From assembly GCA_963575745.1 (NCBI GenBank), contig CAUYUJ010000314.1, positions 124,001-188,000 of the forward strand: a stretch of DNA of 64,000 nt, written 5' to 3'. Under the pieces are notes generated by a model. That model saw nothing but the letters and a program-made list of their open reading frames with translations. It ran no database searches and was not told where the DNA came from. Origin of the DNA: Prorocentrum cordatum (taxonomy: Eukaryota). Every line of letters starts with the position of its first letter. Position 1 is the first letter of the stretch. Position numbers and translations under genes: made by a program. This document shows positions 24,501 to 35,300 of this stretch, piece by piece.

Positions 24501-25537
24501 GGCCGCCGTTAAGGTGTCACTGTGGCTTCCAAGCCAATATGGCGACTTCTCGGGTGTGGGACAGGCGACAAGCCATTGTGAATACCACATGAATATGTAT
24601 GTCCACTTCAGAATCAAATCGGTCGCCATTAAGGGTTCTCCTCAGTTTCTAAGCAAGCATGGCGACTTCTCGGTTGTGGAAATGGCGCCAGGCGCCAGTG
24701 TGAACATCCAGCGGCATCGTCTGCGAACTTCGGAATCTAATCTGCCACCTTGAAGGGTTCTCACCTTAGTTCCCAGGCCAACATCATGGCTACTTCTCGG
24801 TTGTGGAAATGGCGCCAGGCCATTGTGTAAACCCAATTTGCATGCTAAGTTGAGAACCCAATCTGCCACCATCAAGTTCTCATGTCAGTTTCCAGGCAAG
24901 CATGGCTGCTTCCCGGTTGTGGGAATGGCGCCAGGCGGTTTAAAACAACCCAATGAAATCGTAGGTTAACTTCAGATTACAATCGGTCGCCAGTACGGTT
25001 TCACTTTAGATTCCAGGCCAATATGGCGACTTCTCGGGTGTGGGACAGGCGACAGGCCATTGATGCGAAATCCCAATGGCATTGTATGTTAACTTCGGAA
25101 TCCAATCGGTCACTGTTACGGGCTCACTTTAGTTCCCAGGCTCACATGGCGACTTCTCGGTTGGAAATGGCGCCATACCAGTGCGAAAGCTTAATGACAT
25201 CGTATGTTAACCAGAACCCAATCGGTCACCATCAAGGGTTTATGTCTGCTCCCAAGCAAACATTGCGATTTTTCGGTTTGTTGAAATGGCGCCATGCCAT
25301 TGTGAACACCCAGAGGCATCGCATGCTAACTTCAGAATCCACTCGGTCACCATGAAGGGCCCACTTTAGTTCCCAGGCCAACCTGGCGACCTCTCGGTTT
25401 TGGAAATGGCGCCAGGCCGTTATGAAAATCCAATGACATCGCATGTTCATTTCAGAATCCAATCGGCCACCATTAACGGTTCACTTTAGTTCCCAGGCCA
25501 ACATGGCGACTTCTCGGTTGTCGAGATTGCGCCAGGC
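21580..25537 (+). repeat. ~120-bp satellite array, ~33 diverged units
   Basis: Approximate consensus AATCGGTCACCATTAAGGGTTCACTTTAGTTCCCAGGCCAACATGGCGACTTCTCGGTTGTGGAAATGGCGCCAGGCCATTGTGAAAATCCAATGAAATCGTATGTTAACTTCAGAACCC, recurring every ~120 nt. Confidence 0.97.
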
Positions 25538-26390
25538 GGAGGCGGCGGCGGCGGGGGCGGGTGGGCGGGGGGGTGGGATTCAAGAGAGGAGGGGCGGATA
25601 TGGACGGGGACGGGGGGTGTGCATGGGAGGGGGGCGGGGGTGGGGGGGCGCGGATGAAGCTGGGAAGTGGCGGAAGCGCTGTAGCGAGCGCCCCGTGGGA
25701 TGCGAGTTCGGGGCGGGGCGGCGGGGAAGAGGATGGGGGGTGGGGGCGGGGGGTGGCGATGGGGACTGGGGATGGGGTGTGGGCATTTGGTTGGGCCCAG
25801 AAATGGCGATGGGAGATGAGGGCGGGATGTGGGAAGGGAAGGGGGGAAGTGGAGGGCGGGAAAGGCGCTGCGAGGCCCTCGCTCGCCCATTGGCGCGGGG
25901 GGCTGCGGGCGGAGCAGATGGGGGGGGAGGCGCGCCCCGTGGAAGCGGCGCTGCGTGAACACAGAAGCGCCATTGAGGATTGCGCGAAATTCAATGTGGC
26001 CAGCTGCGAAAAATCCGAGGGCGGGAAGGTAACCTGCGGACAACCGAGGTAGAGCGCAACAAATCGCCGAGGGCGCCTCACCGCGGCGCGGGCGCGGCGG
26101 CGGGCAGCGGTGGCCAGGGGGGGGGGGGGGGGGGGGGGGGGGGTAGATCGCGAAGTTCGAGGCGGGTGTGCGAGGGGGGGGGGGGGGGGGGGGTGGGGGG
26201 GTACATTGCGAAAATTCGAATGGTCTGAGTTGTAGATTGCTGCGGGAGACACACTTGCTTTCTGATTCATTTGCATGCGCGAAGAACAACGGCATCTGCA
26301 TCGACGACGCACCTGGAAAATCGCTCGTACAATTTTTTTACAATCTGACCTCCTGAGCAGTGGAGTCCAAAAACTGACGTACAATTGATC

Positions 26391-26391
<1 letters not shown>

Positions 26392-26447
<56 letters not shown>

Positions 26448-26481
26448 CAAAAAAAAAAAAGGAAAAACAAAGAAAAAAAAA
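26392..26481. repeat. Poly(T) of ~56 nt abutting an A-rich run
   Basis: Directly visible. Confidence 0.95.
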
Positions 26482-27199
26482 CAAGTTTCCCACAGTAATT
26501 GTACAATTTACGATAAAATTGCGCTGAAGGTGCGGTTAAATTATGAAAAAAGTGTAACCCTAATTTGCCTCCGGGAATCGAATACGTTCGGGATTACGAG
26601 GCTACATCCCCTTCCCGCGTCCGATTGGCTTTAGATTCCTGTGGCCCGAGCCCACCGTGCACATGTTGCGGCGCGGGCGACGCCGACTGAGGAAACTCGT
26701 GGCACAGTTGGGACGTGAGTTAAGATACCACATCAGATTGAAGACCGAGAAGTTATATGTAATGTGCAAACTAGTCGAAAAACAGAGGGTATACAAAACG
26801 TAAGTTGCTGGATACTGTGGAACAGAATAGACCATATTAGTACTGGACATACTAATAACGATATTCGCGTTACTAGAAGTACGGGTCGTAGCAAAAGGAA
26901 TGGTAGCAAGTCCAGTGGTGCTGTTAAAACGAATCATGCATGTGCACAACTTTCTTCCGTTACGCTAGACTCAGTTTGGCCGAAGCTGTCGCGCAAAAAA
27001 AGAGGCATCGCCAAGGCGCTCCCCAACGCCTGGACAAGCACCACCAGGGCATTCACCCGTGGCGCTAGCTGAAAAATTGCCGAAGTTTCCTCCGTAGAGT
27101 TCAAGAAGTATTGCCCAACCGTTCTCGCTTATCGCGAAAACATATACTGATCACGCCATCTTCCGAAACGGTAGAGTAAACGTCAACAGGGCGCCCTTC

Positions 27200-30050
27200 C
27201 TTCGCGCGAGGACAAGCGTTGCTGGAGCGTGCCGCCGCAGTGCTAGAAGCTGCTAGAACCAGCGTTGCAATGGCGTTCTCAACAACATTGCCGAAACGTG
27301 TTCCCGTTGCGCTAGAATGAGCACTGCCAGAACTTCCCTCCGAAACGCTAGAATCAGCATTGCACAGGCTGCCCCCCCCCCGCAGCGCCAACATAAATGT
27401 CGCCACGGCGTTCCCCCGCATCGCCAGAGACAAGAATCGCCAAGGAGTTCCCCCGCGGCATTAGGGAAAGCATTGCCCTTGCGTTCTTCCGCAGCCTAGG
27501 CATTGCCAGAGCGCTTTCCCGTCGCGTTAGAAAAATGATTGCAGATGCGTTCGCCCGTGGCCTCGGCAATGCTATTCGCAGCGCTGCGGAACAATATGCG
27601 GCAATGCATATGCCAGCGTTGCGGAAGAACGCATTGGCAATCTTTATTCTCGCGCTACGCAGCGACACCCTGGCGATACTTGCCCTAGCGCATTGGAAGA
27701 ATTCCTCGGGCCTCGGGGGTGCCTGCCGCACTGCTACGGGGGAGCGCGGCGGCAATGATTGCCCGAGCGCAACGGAAGAGCTCTTTGGCACTACTTCTTC
27801 TAGCCCTACGGGGCAACGCGTTAGCAATGTGCATGCGAGCGCCACTGAAGAACGCTGCGGCAACACGTGTCCTCTAGCTCTACGGAAGAGCGCCATGGCA
27901 ATGCATGTGCTAGCACTGCGGAAGAACGTTTTGCCAACGCCCACTCTAGCGCCGCAGAAGAACGCTTTGTCGACAGCCATTCTAGCGCTATGGCGGAACG
28001 CGCGGGTAATATTCAGCCCCGCGCGCGGCAATGCAAGCTTGGCAATGGTCAGTCTAGCCCGTGCCGTGGAAATCCTTGGCCATACTTCTTCTAGCGCCAC
28101 GGAAGGGCGCATTGGTAATGCTCGCCCTGGCGGTGCGGCAGAACGCGTTGGCAGTGCTGGTTCTAGCGCTGCGGGAGAGCGCTTTGGGTTGGTTTTCCTC
28201 CTGTAGCGCTGCGAACAACCGCGCTGTCAATACTTATGGCAGCGCGATTGGCGAACAAGTTGCCCATGCTTGCCCCAGCGCAAACTAGGAACTCGTTGGC
28301 GACATGCATCGTGGCGCTACGGAAGAACGCACCGATAATATGCACCCTAGCGCTACGGAGGAACGGTTTGCCAGTGCTTAGTCCAACGCTACAGAGGAGC
28401 GTTTCTCCGATATTTCTTTTGCCGATGCGGAGGAACGCTCTCGAGAGACATGTCCTGGCGCAACTGAAGACCGCTCTGGCAACACCTGCCCCAGCGCTGC
28501 GGATGACAGCCCGTGCCAGTTGTTGTCTAGAGCGCGGGGGAACGCTTCGGGAGGGGGGCTCATTCTAGCGCTGCGGATGAACGCGCTGGCAGTGCTTAGT
28601 CGAGCGCCGCTGAAGATCGCTCGGGCAACGCCCCCCTCCCCCCAATGATACGCGGGAAAGCCAGGGGGTGCTCATTCCAAAGCGCCGAAAGGATGCTATA
28701 TAAACTTCACGTGCTGGAAGAACGCCCCTGCAATGATCATTCTCGCGCCGCGGGGGATCACTTCGGATATGCCCGCTACAGCGCCATGAAAGATCGCGTC
28801 GGGAATGCTCGCCCTAGCGCCGCGGAAGAACGCCGCGGCATTATTTGTTATAGCGCGACGCCAGAACGATCTGGCCATTCTTCTGCTAGTGCTACAGTTA
28901 GACGCATCGGCAATATGCACCCCCGCACTGCCGATGGGCGCACTTGCAGCATTTCTTCTGGCGCAGCGGAAGAACGCGCTGGCAATGATTGCCATGGCGC
29001 GACGGCAGAACCTCCAGGTGATGCGATTTCTAGAGCCACGGCAGAACGCAGTGAAAAAGTAGTTCCTGCGACGCGGGAGGAGCCCTTCAAGATGTTTGCG
29101 CCAGCGCTGCTGAAGAACGCACGATCCATCTTGGTTTGGTGATCGGGAAGAACGCTGTGCTAACATTTAGTCCAGCGCCGCGGGGGAAGAAGGGGCGGGG
29201 CGCTTTGGTAATTTCTGCTATGACGCAACAGATGGGCGCGCTTGCAATCCTTGCCCTGGCGCTACTACGGAAGTCAACTTCGGCTGTGCCTACTCTTGCG
29301 CAACGGGCGAGTTCTTCGGCAACATGCATTCTAGCCAGGCGGGAAAGGCGCTCGCGCAGTGCGTGTCCAAGCGCAGCGAGAGGAAGCCCTGACATTGCGC
29401 AGTGTAGCGCCACGGAAGAATGCGCAAGCAGTGTTCTTTGAAGAACGCGGATCACCGCGCTGACAATCCTTATTTGAGCGCAGCGAGAAATGCATTGGCA
29501 ATGCTTGCGCCAGCGTTGCGGGCGAGCGACGCGGCAATGCGCATCGAAACGTTTCGGAGGAACGCTGCGCACATGCATGTTCTAGCGCCGCGGAAGAACG
29601 CGTCGGTTATACTTATTGGAGCGCAATGGGGGACAGCGTTGGCAGTGCTTGCTCGAACGCTACAGAAGGGCGCTATGGCTATACTTTTTGTTGGCGCTAC
29701 CACGGGGCGCCTTGGCAATGCTTGTTCTAGCGCAGCGGGCGAACACCCTGGCGTTGCTTGTTCTAACGCCACGGAAGAAACCTCTGGCAATGCCCGTTCT
29801 CGCGCTACGGAATATCACCCTTGAAATTGCCATTCTAACGCAACGGGGGGACGCTTCGGCAATGTTCAGCCAAGCGCTACGGCAGAACGCGGCGGCAATA
29901 CTTCCGCCAGCGCTACGGAAGCGAGCTTATGACAATGCAGACGCTAGCGTTACGGATGAACGCCGCTGCAATAGTTTCCCCCGCGCCGCAGCAAGGCGCC
30001 TTGGTAATGCTTATCCTGGTGCGGCGGATGAACGCTTTGGCAATGCATTG
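27200..30050 (+). repeat. Highly degenerate 36-bp minisatellite (CTAGCGCTACGGAAGAACGCGTTGGCAATGCTTGTT-like), roughly 75-80 units
   Basis: CTAGC...GAAGAACGC...GGCAATG register repeats at ~36-nt spacing (e.g. ~27875, 27911, 27946, 27982); produces LALRKNALA peptide periodicity. Confidence 0.9.
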
Positions 30051-30659
30051 CCAAGATTCGTGGCCATCCTCCTGGGGCCTATGTGGGTGGCGCTCGCAGG
30101 CAGCATTGTGCTACTGGCAAGCATGGCCCGACGCACCGCTGTAAAGACGTGTGTTGCTGCTGGTGTTCGCAGGCGCGCGGTTGCGTTCGTAGGGTCCTTG
30201 CTTGTGGCGTTTGCAGACTATTTTGGTTCCCACAGGCATGGCGTCGATCCCGCAGACACTTGGGAACTGTCACGGTCCAGCATACTGTAGTGCATGCGTA
30301 TGCGTATGTTGCTGTTCTTGTTCTCAGGCGCGTTTTAGTGCTCGCGCGCACGTTGTGGTGGTCGCAGATTTGTCGCGGTGCCCGCAGGCACATGGTGGCG
30401 CTGATGGGTGGCCATTGTGGTATTGGCCAGGTTTGACATAGCGTTGTACATACATGTGATATTGGCGTTCGCGTGTTCAGCGCGGTGCTCGCAAACGCGC
30501 CTCGCTGTTAGCAGGCTGTTGCAGTGTTCACAGGCGTTGTGCTGGCCTCATCTTATCCAGCTGCCTGCGGCAAGTCCCGACACCGTGCCAGTCCAGCATG
30601 CTCGGCGGCGTTCGCTCGGGGGGGCACGGGGGGCCCGCACTCGCGAGGGGTGAGCAACA

Positions 30660-31990
30660 TGGAAACGATGATGATGACGACGACGACGGCGATGATGGTG
30701 ATGGTGATGGTGATGGTGATGGTGATGGTGATGGTGATGGTGATGGTGGTGATGGTGATGATGGTGGTGATGGTGGTGATGGTGGTGATGATGGTGATGA
30801 TGGTGGTGATGCTGATCGCTGGGATTGCGTGGGGGGCCTCTTGGGTGCCTGTTGGAGGCAGTGTTGATGCCTCTTGGCGGCCGCCTGGGTGCCTCTTGAG
30901 GGCCTCTTGGGGGGCCTTTTGGGGTGCCTCTTGGGGCTTCTTGGAGGCCCCTTGGGGCCTTCTGGTTGCCTCTTCGGGCGCAGTGACTCTTGGAGGCCCC
31001 TCGGTGCCCAGAATAAAATAATCAGAGGCGGGATCCCAGACACGGGGTCTGGAATGAGGGCCCGCTCTTTTGGTCAACGCGGCCATCGGACACGAACGGT
31101 GCAACGCGAAACTCTGGTCCAACTTGCATGCTGCCCCGCACACCTACAGCAGGCAGGAGACTCTCAACCAGAACATGTGGCGCAAATATTGACATCTATC
31201 AGTGATCTGAATGGTTACCGCGGAACTCTCACACAGAGGTCCATTGCGCCACTTTTGCGATATATCAATGACCTGAATGGTTGCCGCACGCATCTCAATC
31301 ATCATCCAATGGAATGTCATCATCGTTCTGCTCCTCCATGGCACCGATCTCACGGTGGGCACGCTCCTCCCTGACCTTGTCATCCGAGAGCGCGTTGTCA
31401 GCGAGGTGGCGGAAGTTCGTGACCGCTGTCCTGAGCGTTTTCACCCGCATGCGGAGGGCTTTGGACGTTGCACGCTCGATCAACAGCAGCTTGATGAGAC
31501 GGCGGAACCGCTTCCTCACGTACCGAGGGTTGCCAATGGGCACGCTCTGGACGATGCCACGAACCATCGCGTTGTCAAGAAACCGAACCACAAGCACACT
31601 CACAGCCAAACAGCTATGGCCAGCCACATCGACAAGAAGCATGAACTGGAGGTTGGATGATGATGATGATGGCGACGGTGATGGTGATGGTGATGGTGAT
31701 GGTGATGGTGATGGTGATGGTGATGGTGGTGATGGTGATGATGGTGGTGATGGTGGTGATGGTGGTGATGATGGTGATGATGCTGATCGTTGGGATAGCG
31801 TGAGAGGCCTCTTGGGTGCCGATTGGAGGCAGCGTTGATGCATCTTGGCGACTGTCTGGGTGCCTCTTGGGGGCCTCGTGGGGGCCTCTTGGGGTGCCGC
31901 TTGGGGCTTCCTGGAGGCCTCCTGGGGCCTTCTGGTGGCCTCTTCGGGCGTAGTGGCTCTTGGGGGCCCCTCGGGGCCCAGAATATAATT
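30660..31990 (+). repeat. Two direct copies of a (GATGGT)n + GGGGCCTCTT repeat module (30660-31020 and 31655-31990)
   Basis: Both continue GCTGATCGyTGGGATwGCGTG...GGCCCCTCGGkGCCCAGAATA; a shorter copy lies at ~18950-19170. Confidence 0.88.
31295..31567 (-). CDS. Hypothetical 90-aa basic helical protein with acidic tail
   Basis: ATG 31567 MVRGIVQSVPIGNPRYVRKRFRRLIKLLL...EEQNDDDIPLDDD*; GC3-rich, non-repetitive; 0.8 kb downstream of the transposase on the same strand. Confidence 0.5.
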   Translation of the reverse strand: MVRGIVQSVPIGNPRYVRKRFRRLIKLLLIERATSKALRMRVKTLRTAVTNFRHLADNALSDDKVREERAHREIGAMEEQNDDDIPLDDD

Positions 31991-32391
31991 GGAAGATTGA
32001 GGGGGCAGGGGTACGGAACATGATTTGAGGATTGAGGGTGGCACTTCTGCGTTCCGTCGCGTGCAGACCACCGCGACCGCTCAGTTGGAACGATGGCGCG
32101 AGCTGGCACAAGCATCTGGAGGGCCCGACTCCCTCCCTCCAATTGCCGCCGAGAGTTGAGGGGGAGTGAGAGAGAGAGAGAGATATATATATATTAAAGA
32201 GAAGATGGGGGCCCAAGAAGGAGGGCGAGCAGGGGGGGGGGGCATGTGTGAGGATTTGGATAAGGATGGGGAGACGTCGAAACACTGGGGAGAAATAGTA
32301 AGAAGGGGGTGGACGTGGCGATACAATGATGATGATGGTGATGATGATGATGATGATGGTGGTGAGGATGGCGATGATGGCTCTCAGTGCT

Positions 32392-35300
32392 CTACTCAGG
32401 CTCTGGGCCCTCGCCGTCACGCCTTGGCCGCTCTTTCTCTAAGAGGGCCTGCACCCCTGGCAGCAGTTCTAACGCGCGGCGCGCCTCTGCGCGCTCCTGT
32501 AAGGTGGGAACGCAAGCATGCTTGTGAAGGTCCCTTGTCGGGAAATCTGGGCATCGACACTTTGCGAGCCGTGCTGCAATGAAACCCAGAGGTCTGCCCT
32601 GGGCACGTCTTCTCCCTGGTCTCGCAGTCCGCGTGACCTGGCATCTGCCGTGATCTTCTCTGTTGTTGCAATAACCATAGATGTCTTCTGATGAAGCATA
32701 ATAGACAATGGAACCTCCAGGTACGTACACAGTTGGATTGTCCATGTTGCGAGATCCAGCAGGGCCCCTATCAGGGCCTAAACCACCAGGGTCGCCAGGG
32801 CCTCCTCCGCCGCCGCCATGCTGGTCATCCTGCGGGGGGCCATCCTGCGGGGGATCCTGCAGCGGTGGCGGCGACGGTGGCGGCGGCGGCGCTGGTGGCG
32901 GCGGCGGCGGTTCGCCGCCGCCCCCCAGCGCCAACTCCTCAGGATCCCCGTCGTCGCTGGTGGGGCTGCTGGACGTGCTCTCCGCCAACGGCGGCGCGCC
33001 GCCGTGGTCGTGGTCGGACTCGGGCTCGTGGTCTGACTCGGGGGCAGCGGCTGGCACAGGACCAGGCTCGTCTTCCTCAGAGGGCTCCGAGCCTTCGTCG
33101 TGGCCGTTCCCCCACGAGGCTCTCTTGGAACCGTCGCCCTTCCGCGGTGGCCAAATTGTCCGCAGAAGTACACCGTCCATGGGCACCGCTGTCACGCAAT
33201 TGGGTGTGACAGAGACAACTGGGCGCATGTCGGGTTTCAACATGAAATACGATACTTGCCATTTGAAAGAGCGGTCCACCCTGGACATCGCCTGGACGTC
33301 GTTCTGGAACTCCGCCTGAGCTCGCAATGTAAGTTCCTGACCAGGCGCAACCACGCCTTCAGCATCAAAATCCAAGCATGGCCCGTCCATAATATGAAAC
33401 ATGGCTTTGTGGGGCGAGAGCTGCTGTTTCGCAATGTAGCACCACCGATGCCGCACAACCTTCGGCTCACAATCCATTGGGTCATCGATCAACGGCTTGG
33501 CAACGAAAACAGCGAATACTTTAGCGTCCATAACCAGTTGTCGGGCGATAGGATGCAATGCTGGACTGAACTCCATCCCCCAATCATTCTCGCGATAATT
33601 TTCCCTCATGTTCCACGAATCCAAGCCATCACCGCGACAGAGGCACACACCATAAGTACAGCATTGAGGTTTTTTGTTTCGATCTGGGAGAGGTTCCTCG
33701 TCAGCACCACGTTGCACCACTTCGTGGATCGAAGCCCAGTCGCGCAAGATGACCTCGTGGACGCCCCTGCCAATTTTCGAGTGGGGGCTGAGTGCCACGA
33801 GACGCTTCGCCTTCTCGAGCAAGTCAATATAACTAAAATCCCAATGCGTGAAAATTTCTGAGAGAGCTGGCGTTGGCAGCACGTCGTCCACGGGCGCGCC
33901 CATGTCTGCGAAGCCAGGGATCCGCGAGGCAACGACATCACGCTGGCTGGACATGTATTCCTCCAACCGTTTGGTGCGTGCCTTGTTCGCTGACCTCTCA
34001 CTCTTTGCGGCATCTCTGATAGTCGACAGCACATCTTTGACTTCAGCCCACGAAGATGCTACCAGCTCAGACCCTGCAGCACAACGCACAAGTTGTCCGC
34101 TGTTGCTTGCGTCAGCGTTGCTGTCGAGGATGGCTGCCACTCTAGCTCGAGCAGCCTCTCGCCCCATAGCGCGCTGCCTCTCTCTCTTTCTGCGCCCAAG
34201 CGGGTTGGACACGCCGTGGAGGCGACGCCGAGCGGTGGCGTCGTTCCCCTTCTCCTTGAGTTTTGCAAGCCTCTCAGGGTCCTCAACTCGAATGCGCCTA
34301 AGCTCAGCATGCGCTTCCTCCATGGTGTGTCCAGCAGAGAGCTGCTCGCTGAAGAATGCCCTCTGAACACCGCCAACTCCAGTCCTGCGCACCTTAGCCT
34401 TCGGTGGTGGTGGTCCAAGATCACTGTCGGGAGGATGCTGAACTGGTTGCTTGCGCTGGCCGCCAGGTCGAGTGACCTTCAAGCGCCTCCGGAATCCCTG
34501 GATCAGGCGGCATGCGCTGATCAATTCATGTCGTGGAGTGTGCGCCTGCACGGATAAGCCATGCAGCCAGCGGCGAAGCGAGGCGTGAGTAGCTTCAATA
34601 GGCGCTTGATCACACAGCGCAAGGAGCATAACGCACAACAACTCAACTGACGCGTCATGCGAAGTAAGGTTGTCGCCATACCTTTCCAAGAAATCTGCAC
34701 TCCAGGAATCCTTCATCCCGCTGCAGTCGGATCGAACCTGTCTAGCGTCAGAAGCAAAAAACACGATTTGTGACGGATGGGGAGGAGGGGGAATGTTGAG
34801 GTGGAGGAGAAGGAAGAGGAGGAGGTTGCGGGGGCCATGGAGGGGGAGGGGTACGTACGAATTGCGAACACAACGCGATATACAAACATTCACACCCGTA
34901 CAATTGTGAGTCAACTTGCTGCCTTCTCCTCCCGCCTCTCCCCTCCCCCTCCCCTCCCTCGTCCCCCAACTCCCCTCCTCTCTCCCCCGCCCCTCCGTTG
35001 TTTGTGTGCTACAGGCTACAGCAATTCCGCAATCCCTCGGACCTCATCGGCCAAAGACAGGTCATCGAACAGCCTGCCCATCTTGTACGGGTAGCCACGG
35101 TGGTGGTCAATCAGGTAGTGCTGCACCTCTGCAGCGGCACGTGAAACAAGCGTGAAACAAAGATGTTGAACGTCTGCTCGCCGATATCCAGCTGGGACGG
35201 CTTCCCACTCCGCATCGGCGAAGAACAAATTCGAAAGTGATTGGATGCAGCAACCCTCGTGCTTATTATGAGCTGCAAGGAGCATGCGGTAGTCTCGCTG

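Noticed and set aside
21580..25537. 5S rRNA array or CRISPR (120-bp period)
   Set aside because: No recognisable 5S sequence; the variable parts are homologous between units, so they are not spacers
26392..26481. Retrocopy poly(A) tail
   Set aside because: No adjacent processed ORF or TSD identified; may be a low-quality homopolymer junction
27200..30050. CRISPR array (36-bp periodicity)
   Set aside because: Units are contiguous and degenerate with no unique spacers; no cas genes; eukaryotic context
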